A stretch of 64,000 nucleotides of DNA, from positions 118,172,001 to 118,236,000 of the forward strand of contig NC_043002.1 of assembly GCF_006345805.1 (NCBI RefSeq), read 5' to 3'. The notes under the pieces were generated by a model. That model ran no database searches and was not told the DNA's origin. It was given only the letters and a program-made list of their open reading frames with translations. Numbering within the stretch: the first letter of the stretch is position 1; the number at the start of each line of letters is the position of its first letter. The DNA is from Octopus sinensis. Its lineage: Eukaryota. The position numbers and the translations under genes are program-made. Below are positions 28,278 to 40,562 of the stretch, piece by piece.

Positions 28278-28475
28278 AATAATGGCTTTAAATTTTGGCA
28301 CAGCACCAACAATTTGGTGGGAGAAGGTAAGTGCTAAACTGGTGCTTATTTTATTGACCCCCACAAAAAAATTGAAGGCAAAAATGACTTTGGCAGCATT
28401 TGAACTTAGAATATAAAGAGCTGGAAGAAATGCCACTAGCATTTTGTCTGGCATGATAGTAAATTTGCCAGCTCA
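28278..28475 (-). mobile_element. SINE family C copy
   Basis: Same module as 19945. Confidence 0.7.
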
Positions 28476-29475
28476 TCATCCAATGTTAAATGAAGTCAGA
28501 AACTTAAAATCAAAGGCAAAAATCTGCTGGTTGCTGCCAGGCAATTGTGCAAGTGTTTCTTCCTCCTTTTCAGGTACTAACGACAGGATCTGTTTACAGT
28601 ATTCTGTAATTGAAATAGTCAAGCTATGCAATGGGATAACTAAGTTTAGGCTAGTCACATGACAGCAACATTTAACACAGGCGTTAAACAGGTAGTTAAA
28701 CAGCAGGATTATTAGGAGACCCTTCAGTAGATTACCTCCAAAATGAATGACAGCAACCTGGCTATACCCATTAAAATCATCATGACTGATTTTAATGGAT
28801 GTGGTGGGCAACAGTGAGGGTTTCTCTGGTATACTTAGAGGTTATAGCTCTAGTAAATGAAATGAAGAGTGAGTACTTAGGCACAAATGATCTTACCATT
28901 TGTGATACAAACTTCAAGAAACTGGCCAGCCAGCTTATTAGAGACCAATCAGATGCACACACAAACCAGATGGACTTTGTACTTGCGAAAAAAAAAAGGT
29001 GGGGGGATAGCCCGTTATGAATACCAAGTCTATTCCATATGAATAAATTAGTACTATTTAACATAGACTGGTGACTAGTGACTTTAAAGTAAGAGCTCAA
29101 TGGATTCAGAGACCTAGAAACAGAAGACAATCTGGAAGCTGAATGTGCTAGTAACCAACAAAAGTTTTCAGAGATGTATTAACTGATGCGTATGAAAAGT
29201 AGAGGACAGCTGCAAGTTTCTATGGTATAATCAACTGAGGGCATTGGATCCAATTTGTTGAGATGCCCACTTCTTTTAAAATTCATATGTAGAGTTGCCA
29301 ACAATATGAATATTTTTTTGGCTTTTGTACTTGATGGTGGGGAATTAATATTCTTGAAACTAAAGTATAATTGCAGAATATTCTTAAAAGCAATCAGGTT
29401 GTCAGTTATTCTAAAAACTGGTTTAATGTCAGTAGTTGAAGTATATTAAAAACGTTTTTAAGGGACTATATTTAC

Positions 29476-29511
29476 CTGGCATAAGCAGCTGAACTAAGAC
29501 GTTTATTGGGC
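29476..29511 (-). CDS. RAB11FIP4: Rab11-FIP3/4-like exon F (36-nt mini-exon)
   Basis: ttttctttatag|...|gtaaat; phase 2 to 2; PNKRLSSAAYA resembles the KRLSS segment of class II FIPs. Confidence 0.8.
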
Positions 29512-29968
29512 CTATAAAGAAAACAGCAGGCATAATTTAAAATCATTGAAGCCAAAATAACATTTTCAAGTATGTATTTCAATTAAAAGAGATATTTCAA
29601 AAGATTAGTGAAATAATTTTAAATATGATACCCTCACGAAATGAAGTAAGGATCATACAAACAGTAAGAACAATCTGGTTAATAAAATACAATCTGTCTA
29701 GACATTTTAGTTATGGAATACTTTAATCACTTATTAAAGTATTTTAAACATGTGCTCCGACATGGCCTGTCATGATGGCTAAAACAAATCAAAGAATACA
29801 AAATTATTTCAAAATGTTCCAGAAAGATCTAATACCATCTTTCATTTGATAATGAAACATTAACCTAATTATGTAATGTAGGTGGATGCTATAAAGAAAG
29901 AAGACACTATCCGGAGTAAGTGCTGTTTTCAGCAAATTTAGACCATGACTAACTCACAATTGGACCTA

Positions 29969-31230
29969 CGAGGGACATTCAATAAGTAATGCCTCTGACC
30001 CACTTGCAGTTGTTTGATCTAGCTGAAATTTTGCATGTGCAATCATTTATATCTCTATAGAGTAAGTGGCAAATTACAGCTCTGAATTAATTGTGGTTTC
30101 TGATTTACAGGTGTTTGAACCGAGTCAAGTGTGAAATGGGGCCTGTTGAGTGTCGAGCAGTGATCTGGTTTTTGTATTTGAAAGGACGCACACCACGGGA
30201 GACTTTTGATGAAATGAAAGTAACTTATGGTAAAACGCTGGCATCGTGAATTCAAACATGGTCGGAACTCTGTGGAAACAGCTCCCAGATCTGGTCGCCC
30301 CCTTCTGCCATTGATGAGGCATCTGTCCGTCAAGTTGAGGCTGCCATTTTGGAAGATCGATGCATAATTATTCGCCAAATAGCCCATGAGGTCAAGATTA
30401 GTACCGGGTCTGTGGAAACTATCATTCATGACCATTTGCATATGCAAAAGGTGTCTGCCAGATGGATTCCCAGGTTGCTCACGCCTTTCCAGAAGCAAGA
30501 ACGCGTCGAGTGCTCGAGGGTGAATTTGGAGATGTGCCAAGAAGATGAGTCAAAATTTTTCAAAAGACTGATTACACAGGATGAAACCTGGGTCCATCAC
30601 GATGATCCAGAGACCAAAGCCCAGTCAATGTAGTGGAAGCACCATGACTCACCCCCTCCAAAGAAGGCAAAGGTGCAGCCCTCCGCTGGCAAGGTCATGC
30701 TCACAGTCTTCTGGGACCAGGACGGAGTAGTGATGACAGATTTCCTGGCAAAGGGTACCACAATTGCAGGAGCCTATTATGCTTCACTTTTGAGGAAATT
30801 AAGAGAAGTTATCAAAATCAAGAGGCGGGGCAAGATCAGCAAAGGCATCCTCCTCCTGCAGGACAACGCTCCGGTCCACAACTCGCTTGTCGCCAGATCA
30901 GAAGCACAGGCGTATGGCTATGAACTCCTCCTCATCCCCCCTACTTTCCTGACCTTGCACCCTCTGATTTTCACCCCTTCCCAAACATGAAGTTGTTTTT
31001 GAAAGGAAAGCGTTTCCCAGATGATGCAGCCTTGATTTCTGAAGTCACGTTGAGGTTGGAGGACCAAGCTGGGTTCTTCTACAAAAACGGTCTCCAGAGC
31101 CACATCAAACGATGGGAGAAATGCGTAACTCTGGGTGGTTCCTATGTAGAAAAAGACTAACTGTGCCAAGTTTCGTTGCTCTACTGCTATGGGAAGTGGG
31201 TCAGGGGCATTACTTATTGAACGCACCTCG
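29969..31230 (+). mobile_element. Full-length mariner transposon (DD34D), inactivated
   Basis: TA TSDs at 29967-68 and 31231-32; ~37-bp TIRs CGAGGGACATTCAATAAGTAATGCCTCTGACCCACTT and its near-perfect reverse complement; 1262 bp. Confidence 0.95.
30136..31160 (+). pseudogene. Mariner transposase pseudogene
   Basis: MGPVECRAVI..., PRSGRP, WIPRLL, ITQDETWVHH, LLLQDNAPVH, HPPYFPDLAPSDF. Broken by a deletion near 30231, TAG at 30631-30633 and a frameshift near 30931. D-to-D spacing is 34 when the frameshift is repaired. Confidence 0.92.
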
Positions 31231-32650
31231 TACTTCATTTACACTGCTAAATTTTTCAGAAGATCGCAAAAGACTATACATAAATAACTATCTGATGAGA
31301 CTTTCATGGTGGTTAATTAAAAAGTCTCAATAAGTTTTTTTCTTTTTCTTTTTTTACAGAATTGGAATGCAATAACAGGTCAAATGAAGCTTTGTGTTTT
31401 TAACCTGTTGTTTGAAAATTTAAAAGCTATAGTTCCCATTTAAAATCTAATACAGCTTGTTGAATGAGAGCGGTAAGGCTACTGCATTGAGCCTGTCCAG
31501 TCATGACGATCCCAGATAATGTAGCAGGCATTGGTAAATTCTCTGGGAACCAAATTTACAACTCAGTTTCCTTGTTTTTTGTAAAGCACTTTCACATACA
31601 TCACTGAATGGCTGAATGATAGGAACAAACATCGCAATTATATATTTCCCTATACTTATTAATGCCGAACCAAGGTTTTATAATAGGAATTGTCATCTCA
31701 GTGTAGTAAGCGCTCTCCAAACAAAATCTAATATTTGTATTCTAAGTCTTAGCTACTTCACTTGTATTTTTAAATAGTTAGGAAAAGCATGAATTCACAA
31801 ATCTTAATTCCACCTTCTTGAGTAAAAGTAAGAAAAAAAAAAACACTGATTAATTAATTTCTTTCTTTGAATAATCATGAATTTAAACAACTTCAAAAAT
31901 GCTATTATCATAGTTATTCTTGGAGACAATATGCATAAAAGGAAAAAAACAACAACAAAAACCCTGAAAATTCATTATATTTCTAAAATTTCAAGTAAAT
32001 CAAAATCAACTAAGTCAAATTCATATATATATGTCCAATATCTGGATATTAAAACAAATTGTTAATAGACATAGAATAATATTTTGATATAATATTATTT
32101 CAAATATTACTAAACAAATTCAATACAAAAATAAAATAAAATTTGTTCTTTATTTAAGAAAAAACAGAAACAACTATTATTCAGATACATTCAGGAGCAG
32201 CTGAATGTCTGGTATTTCAGGGATTGCATAGTAATAGTAATATTCTGAAGTGGTTGAACTAACAACTACTTGTGGTGACCAGCTGCATTTAAATATGTCT
32301 CTGGCAAAGACAGTGACTCAGTCACATGACATCAACAATTTTATAATTAGCAATTCAATGTTTTACACTTCTTGCCCCAGCAAACAAACAGACAGACAAA
32401 AAGATATTAACAACATATCTAATTCTAATTACCAATAAAGTACATTTTTAGATTGAAATGTTTAGAAATAATAGGGTAGTGAAAGCTTTGAAATAGTTAT
32501 ATCCATCTGAGTCTGTCAACCTTTCATGGTACCATGGGTACCAGCAATATACTGAAACTCAAGTTCATTATACATATCCGCTACAAATCTGTGGGCCTGT
32601 GCTATGTAAATAAATAGGAGACTAAAATGTTTCTTGTTTAGGTATTATTA

Positions 32651-33011
32651 CTTTTTACTTGTTTCACTCGTTTGACTGTGGCTATGCTGGGGCATAGCCT
32701 TGAAGAATTTTACTCAAACAAATTCATTCCAGGACAAATTCTTTTAAAGCCTGGTACTTATTCTATTGGTCTCTTTTGCCAAACTGTTAAGTTACAGGGG
32801 CTTAAACACATCAACACCAATTGTCAAATGATGGTTGGGGGACATACACACATCAGACTTCTTTCAGTTTCTGTCTACCATAACTATTCATAAAGTTTCA
32901 GTTGGCCTGAGGCTATAGTAGAAGACACTTGTCCAAGGTGCCACAGTGAGACTGAACCTGGAACCATGTGGTTGGGAAGCAAACTTCTTACCACATAGCC
33001 ACACCTGCACC
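32651..33011 (-). mobile_element. tRNA-derived SINE family D, near full length
   Basis: Minus-strand head GGTGCAGGTGTGGCTATGTGGTAAGAAG..GGTTCAGTC..CACCTTGGACAAGTGTCTTC; partial relatives at ~16350-16500, ~60500-60580 and ~63058-63140. Confidence 0.8.
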
Positions 33012-33259
33012 TATAAGGATAAATTTTGAAGAGGAGGAGATATAGTAAATTGACCCGAGTATATTACTTGTACTTAATGATCCCAGGAGGATCAAAGAAA
33101 AAATAAACTTTAAGAAATCAACAAACTAAATATCAAAAAAATATTTTAATTTTAAGGTGTAATTTTGAAAGAAATTCTATATAAAAATAACTACTGGCAC
33201 AATACCACATTATAGTAGAAGGATAGTTAACATCAATGCTGGGGTTATTTAGCCTGGGT

Positions 33260-33580
33260 TGAAGGTGCATGGCTCAGTGGTTACAGCATCAGGCTCACAA
33301 TCGTGAGGTAGCGAGATCGATTCCCAGACCAGTCTGTGTGTTGTTTTCTTGAGCAAGACACTTTATTTCATGTTGCTCCTGTTCACTCAACAATAGAAAT
33401 GAGTTGCGACATCACTGGTGCCAGGCTGTATCGGCCTTTGCCTGTCCCTTGGATAACATCAGTGGTATGGGGTGGAGAGGCTGGTATCCATGGGTGACTG
33501 CTGGTCTTGCATAAACAAATGTGCTCAGACTTGTGCCTCAGAGGGTAACTTTCTAGGTGCAGTCCCATGGTCATGAATGG
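33260..33580 (+). mobile_element. tRNA-derived SINE family A copy
   Basis: Colinear with 52904-53225 at high similarity. Confidence 0.88.
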
Positions 33581-33589
33581 GAGGATGAA

Positions 33590-34150
33590 AGACAAAACTG
33601 AGCATAACATGAACTGAACACAGAACATGAAGGATCCTATGTAAATGCTGTAAAGTGCTTTGTCTACAATTCACCACCCTTCTTAATTATAACCGTAATA
33701 GTCACAAGGTTCGAGGTATTTTTTAGTGGGGAGTGTGTGTGTGTGTGGGGAGCAGCATTAGTAAATACTATGAACCTCACTATTTCACAGGTACTTTATT
33801 CTATCAACCCTGAAAGGTGGAAGGCAAAGGTGACTTTAGCAGAATTTGAATTCAGAATGTAAAGAGCCAGAATAAATATTGCAAAGCATTTTCTGATGCT
33901 CTAACAATTCTGCAAGTTTATCACTTTCTATCAAAGTGTGTCTAATTTTGGCACAAGGCCAGCAATTGGGGTGGGGGTAAGTGGTTACATTAACTCTAGT
34001 ACTTGACTGATACTATATTTCATCAACCCTTTCATCCTTACAGGATGAAAACAAAAGTCAATGTCAGGATTTGAACTTACAATGTAAAAACCTGGAACAG
34101 AAAGGGATTTTTTCTGACATTAATATTTCTGCCAACCCTAGTAGTAGTGA

Positions 34151-34183
<33 letters not shown>

Positions 34184-34390
34184 GTAATAAGTTTTGGATT
34201 AAGACATGCATGCAACAACTTTTAGGAGAGAGGGTTAATTGATATCATTGATCCTAATACTAAAATTGTCGACTCTGGAGAGGTGGAAGGCAAAGTTGAC
34301 CACAGCAGGATTTGAACATAGGGACTTGGAAGAAATACTGCAAGGCGTTTTTCTAATGCTCTAATGATTTTACCATCTCACTACTTTTAA
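33590..34390 (-). mobile_element. Second cluster of 3-4 head-to-tail SINE family C copies
   Basis: Same module repeated; (TAG)n at 34139-34182 between copies. Confidence 0.8.
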
Positions 34391-34759
34391 TAATACTAGT
34401 AATAACAATTTGAAACATTTCATCCAAGGCAAATATCAGCCATATATGCATGAAACAGAAAATTAGTAATAGAAGACTTAGTATTTCTGATAGTGTGAAT
34501 GAAGAACATTTTAAACATGCTGCCAAAGAAGTAGGACTTACTCGTGTGGAACTTGAAGGGAAGAAAGCATACTACAGCAGGATAACTTATGAAAGAAACG
34601 AGAGCTAGAAGAATTGCAGTTAAATGGGCAGTTCTACATAAACATTAAGAATATGAAAAATCATGACTCCTCATTGGAGTGACTTTGGGGTGAAGATTAA
34701 AAGAAAGAAACTGAGAGGCTATTTATTCCACTATTTCATGAACAAAGACATCATATGTC

Positions 34760-35420
34760 CCTTAAGCCTTCCCATCTCCTAAACTGTGGCCAATCCATTT
34801 AGTCTCTGGCCAAAAGGACCTCCACTGACTTGGCTGAATTACTTTTTTTCCTCCTCTTCTAAACAACAATGGCTCTGTAAGTGATACCCTCTTAGAGAAC
34901 ACCTCCACTTTTGTTACTCACTTATCATCCAAATCCACACAACACAGAGTCAATCCCCTCCAAAACTTCTCCTTTCCACCCCAAATGATTCATTGCCCTA
35001 CTTACACATATGCAAAGTACGGAAACATAACCAGCCTTGTTTAAACAAACAAGGCCACTGGCCCACTCAATATCCCTTCCACTGCACTCAATACACCCTA
35101 CAAGAACTCACTTTTATACTCATCAATCTTTAATCTCAGTCTCTACTGAGATATGACATTTAGAAGCATGCATCAATGTTATTTCCAAATCAAAGCAATT
35201 CTCCTTCCATTGCACTTCTAACACCTCCAAGGTGAATCTTCTGCCTTCAGTGACTACCAGTACATCTTCTGCACAACCAGACTCACTGGAGACCCCCAGG
35301 GGGCAATATTGTTGCAAAGCCTTTGATCATATTTGGCATGCAAATCTACAAAACCTTTCCACCAATAAGTTCTGTTCATCTCTCAGCTCTTGACTCTACC
35401 TTACTTTTTAAGATAGCAAG
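34760..35420 (+). mobile_element. CR1/L2/Jockey-group RT remnant
   Basis: KAFDHIWHANL at ~35316-35348, resembling KAFD.VWH..L; C-rich decayed flanks. Confidence 0.4.
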
Positions 35421-36639
35421 GGTTGAATAGCTACATACATTTGTTTATTTACAAAAGAATTTTATAGTTAGGTTATCACCAGCTACACTATTAGTGTGTG
35501 AAGTAGAAATACCTTTTTTAACATTAATAATGCATCTCAGTAGGGGTATAGCACAGCACAACATTACAACATGAGGAAATGTCTCAAAAAGTAATCCCAT
35601 AAGTAATTCTGGCATTACCAAATAATGTTACCTTCACAAAATTTGTGACTTTACAAACCTAAGAGAGAAGAGCAACTTTTCTCAGCAAAAGATCTTTATC
35701 GATAATTCAAATTTCTTTTGCATTTGGGACTGAGCTGATATTTTGAAATATAATTTAAGAAGAAAAAATTCCTTTCAACTATTCAATTTCAAATTTATTT
35801 CAAATTTAGAAGTAACATTTTTCTATAGTATGAAAAAACTACTGAAAAGAACAATTGATATCAACTTTGATTAAAACAACTGATATTATTTTCTTTAAGA
35901 TTAACTTTTAACATATTGGTACAAGCCAAATCTCCATGACACTACATATGTCCTAAACCATATGAATTAGATCATGCAGGTTTACATTTGCTTTAAAGCA
36001 AGTTATCAACTCTAATCTTAAAGAGAAAACTAATTCTTTTCTCAATTTATTTCCATTCTCTAACATTGATCCACATGTTAGTGAATTTTTGTAACCTTAA
36101 AAAGAATTTTTTTTATCATAAATTTCTTTGTAATATGGTGGCCAAACATTCTTTGGGCAACAACTTACTTGAAGGTTTATTTAATGAATTAATAGCAGAT
36201 AAGGAGTTTCATAGATAATCAGAACAATATATCTATTTCTTCCAAGCACACTATGATGTCTGACTTTGATTTGTTCAGTTTTTTTACCAAATGACTTGAA
36301 TGAAATAATAATGGAAGAATGGTCAAACACTGAAAATGTTGCAAGTGTTATCCAAAAATATCTCCAGAAGCTGAAGTCAAATCTGTTCAGAACTTTTTCT
36401 ATTAAGTTTTGATTGGGATGATCACACAACAGACTAATTTGTTTGTGGAACAAAAGGGAAACAGTTAATTTTGTTTGTACATGTATTGATGAGATTCCTG
36501 CATGCCAAAGTTTGTTGTTTCTGAAAGGAGTAATCCAGTTTACCTGTAAATTTCATAAGAAATAAGTTACAAAAAAGGTAGAGGGAATTTTTTGTTTGTA
36601 ATGTTTGTATAAATATGTCTCTAATTCTGCACATGCCCT

Positions 36640-37002
36640 GCAACATGAGTGTCAGAGGCACGAAGTACTCAGGATTGCGAGACTGTGTAAGAGAGAACCA
36701 AGATGCAAGTGCTGAGAAGTGTATACGGGATGATGAAGGCAAACTGACTATTGATAAAGAGAAAAAAAGTGCTGTGAAAGTGCTTTTATGAGAGTCTGTT
36801 AAATGTGGGAAATGCATGGGATGAAGAAGGATAGAGAAAGTGATTAAGGGCATGGAAAAGAGGAAAGACACAGGTCAATCGGGAATAGTTGCAGAGATGC
36901 TTCAAGTATCTGGTGAGGTAGAAAATATAATTATAAGCTGGATAGTTGATCAAGATATGCAAGGTGTCATGTCATATGATTGGTGTAGAAGTATCATTGT
37001 AA
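36640..37002 (+). mobile_element. Older RTE LINE internal fragment
   Basis: Decayed EVLRIAR..RENQD..EKCIRDDEGKL and IKGM..K..G.SGIVAEMLQVSG..DWCRSIIV (region upstream of the RT domain in RTE elements). Confidence 0.7.
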
Positions 37003-37182
37003 AGACACAAAAAACATTTAAACAAACAAACCCACTTTTAGTTTTGACACAATATTCAAGAAAAAATTAATTTTTCATAATAGCTGGGAAAAAGTTCAGA
37101 GAATATTTTAGTCCCTGTATAAGTTTGATATACATACACATAATATACATAAGCATATACTTAATGTACATAACACTACCAT

Positions 37183-37185
<3 letters not shown>

Positions 37186-37235
<50 letters not shown>
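37186..37235. repeat. (TA)n microsatellite; others at 8616-8650, 17296-17337, 22642-22675, 45398-45452 (with GATA), 60786-60808; (TTA)n at 61134-61162; (GA)/(GT)n at 54906-54928, 58088-58161, 59089-59130
   Basis: Direct inspection. Confidence 0.95.
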
Positions 37236-37239
<4 letters not shown>

Positions 37240-38232
37240 CCAAGTTAGTAGCGGAGGTGGATGCACAGAGAGTATCACCACTAGAATACGAATAGCCTGG
37301 GCAAAGTTCAGAAAGCTCCTACCCCTACTGGCAACAAAAGGCCTCTCCCTCAGAGCAAAAGGTAGATTGTATGATGCATGTGTGCGAACTGCCATGCTTC
37401 ACGGTAATGAAACATGGGCTGTGACTGCAGAAGACATGCGTAGACTTGAAAGAAATGAAGCTAGCATGATCCGCTGGATGTGTAGTGTCAGTGTGCACAC
37501 AAAACAGAGTGTAAGTATCCTGAGAGAAATGCTGGATATAAGAAGCATCAGATGTGGTGTGCAAGAGCGACGCTTGCGATGGTATGGTCATGTGCTGCGG
37601 ATGGATGAAGAGAGATGTGTGAAGAAGTGCCACTCCCAAACAGTTGAAGGTATCAGGAGGAGAGGTAGACCCAGGAAGACATGGGATGAGGTGGTCAAGC
37701 ATGACCTCAGAGCATTGGGCCTCACTGAGGCAATGACGAAGGACCGAGATCTCTGGAGATATGCTGTGACTACAAAGACCCGGGCTGCTTTCTGCAGCAA
37801 TTCTACATACCCCCTACCCATTCTAAGTACCCCGGATCCCCAAAGTACCCCGGATCCCCAAAGTACCCCGGATCCCCAAAGTACCCCGGATCCCCAAAGT
37901 ACCCCGGATCCCCAAAGTACCCCGGATCCCCAAAGTACCCCGATCCCCAAAGTACCCCGGACCTCGTTGCCCCCGTGCCGCTGACACGTTAAAATGCTCG
38001 AACCGATCGTGACGATGCCGGACCCTCCGGCCCCTGTGCAGGTGGCACGTAAAAAGCACCCAATCCACTCACGGAGTGGTTGGCGTTAGGAAGGGCATCC
38101 AGCCGTAGAAACTCTGCCAGATTCAGACTGGAGCCTGGAGCGGCCCCTGGCTTCCCAGACCCGGTCAAACCGTCCAACCCGTGCTAGCGCGGAAAGCGGA
38201 CGTTAAACGATGATGATGATGATGATGATGAT
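37236..38232 (+). mobile_element. Young 5'-truncated RTE-clade LINE (ORF C-terminus, 3' UTR, (GAT)n tail)
   Basis: Uninterrupted frame ...RIRIAWAKFRKLLPLL..LYDACVRTAMLHGNETW..RRLRWYGHVLRM..RRRGRPRKTW..DRDLWR; CpG-rich; tail CGTTAAAC(GAT)n; 5' junction inside (TA)n. Confidence 0.92.
37825..37961 (+). repeat. 18-bp minisatellite (AAGTACCCCGGATCCCCA)n inside the RTE
   Basis: Six perfect units, one 17-nt variant and one partial unit. Confidence 0.95.
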
Positions 38233-40338
38233 ATATGATAGATAGATACTACCAATTCTTAATATACATACACACTATCAATTCTTAGGCTAACAGCATC
38301 ATTTCGTATAACCATGAGTAATAACAAGTAAAGAAGAGGATCTAAACAGTTAAATATACAAATAACATATTCTGAAAGGAAAATGAAATGTCAAAAGATT
38401 TAATAATCAATAATTGGAACTGCTATAATTCTTTTCTGGAACAGTAGATCTCAAAGTACATAAAGTTATAGATAATAAGTATATAAATATTAGGTTCAAA
38501 AACCCTTTTCGAGAGAACAAGTCAAAGGTTTCTTACATATTATTATTTATAGCTTTATGTGCTTTGAGGCCCACTATTCCAAAATTGAACTGTTATATTT
38601 AAAGGAAAGTTTTAAGTCATATCAATTTTAAAAGGGAAAAAACTGATATCCTTTTAGTTTGATTAATGTAATAAACATTTAAAATGATGAAGAATGATAT
38701 ATTAAATCTAGAAATGAAAAGCAAATCATGGCAATTTGCTATTTCTGGTATAGGTTTGTTGAATGTTATCTTGAAAACATTGAAGTTAAAAAGATTTCAT
38801 CTATGTTTTGATATAAACTGAATCAAATGTTCTTAGAGTTTGTTTGAATCAAGAACTCAATGTCTGGACATCATTCACAGATGGAACAATTATAAATTTA
38901 ATTTAACTGCATTATGAAATGAGCAATTATTGTGGTAATTGTCTCAAATAAAGAACCTTCTTTCTGTCTTGTTTTATTTAATGTCATTTACAATAGTATT
39001 TATATAAGACTGAGATCTTTGAGATAGTTTAACATATAGAAGAAAATAAGAAAACATGCATAGGAAACTTATTACCATTTATATAATTGACCAAGAAAAA
39101 GTAGCTGTGTGCCGAAGAAAATATATATAAAAAGGAAAAGCTCACAATAAAAAATAGAGCAAACAAATCCTACTTTGTTCTATCATGCTTCTTTATGTTT
39201 TGCTGTGCTGAATGTCTCAAATTACCTCAATCCTGATCAATCTTAATTCTGAGATCTAACTCCTGAGATCAGTCCTCCTCTCTTTCTACAGGCAGAATAA
39301 TCTTCATCTATCTGATCACCTCAGAGCCAATGAAGTCGTGTCTCTCACATTACATTGGCTCATGTCTTTTATCAATGCTGCTTCCTCAGCACAAGTGTGG
39401 TCCACTTTTTCAGTTAATGTTCTACTCCCAACAGATTATACTTTATTACTCTCTAAGTTCAAAAGATCTATATCTAATGATTGTCTCATGACCATGTAAC
39501 ATCCCACTTTTTACATAAACTTCATAGAGTTTGTCTTTACACACACACAGATAGGAGCTTCCACCTCTTTTTTTCACTTCTGCAACCATACTTTCACTCA
39601 AACAGTGGGATCTATGACAGATGACAACCCATCATTGGCTACATTATTTAATGTAGCAGTTTTGTTTTTTGCTCTGGGATGTGATGAGGACTATTTGGCT
39701 GCTATTCCTAGCTGATGCAAATACCATGTAAAGCAGGCACGAGTAACCTCTTTTGAGAAGCAGACTAAATGGGATATGGCTCATCATCAGACAGGTTACG
39801 CTACTAAAAAATTTAAAGGTAATTTTTCATTAAGTGTGCCATTCAGAAGGTCCTGTGGGCTGCAGTTTACTCATGATTGACTTAGAGGCTCCAATATTGG
39901 CTCATGAAATCATTTTGTTTTTTTTACATTGTCTGCATTTTTTACAAATTAACATTATCCTCTGCTAATTTCAAGGAATTCACTTTAAACTTGGCCCATC
40001 AACAATTTCCAAAGACTTTTTGGTTTCGGAGAGCAGTGTTACACAAAATAATTGTGTTGAATGTAACACTCATCTACACTTATTAACTAAACAATAAACA
40101 TATTTACAAAGCCTGATAGTTTCAAACTCACGGCAACGAGTCCTTTTTGACCTGAAGCTTTCTCCATTTCCATGACTGAATATGTTTAAAGTAACTTTAA
40201 TAACCCTTTTTTTTTGGGTTGCACCAGCAGTACATTTTCACTTCCACTCATATTTCTCATAGTAATGCTTTTGCATCTCTTTCTTCACACTGTGACTAAG
40301 GACAGGATTGCCAATGATGCTTCAAACAATGATGCTTC

Positions 40339-40562
40339 TTAACCATTTTGAAACTAGCCTACCTGAGATACTGACTCTGGTTTTATGATAAAAACTTCTT
40401 GTTTTAAATTGATCTAAATTAAAACTTTCCAGATTTCATGTTAATTCATGTTCCCAACACCAAATGGACACGGTTATTTCATTAAATTTTTCATTAATCT
40501 TTAAAAATTAACTGAAACAAAGGCTGTGTATTTCAAGAGAAATATGGTAACAAATGGGTTAA
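40339..40562. mobile_element. piggyBac-type MITE, family 2 (degenerate)
   Basis: TTAA-CCATTTTG ... CAAATGGG-TTAA, 224 bp; interior unrelated to family 1. Confidence 0.55.

Noticed and set aside
31292-31330. CTGATGA followed by a hairpin (TGAGACTTT/AAAGTCTCA) just right of the mariner
   Set aside because: No GAAA or stem III/NUH follows; only a 9-bp inverted repeat, not a hammerhead.
35679-35755. Possible exon with cag acceptor and gtttgt donor
   Set aside because: Stops in all three frames.
37825-37961. Tandem repeats here and at 18410 as CRISPR-like arrays
   Set aside because: No unique spacers, no cas genes, eukaryotic context.
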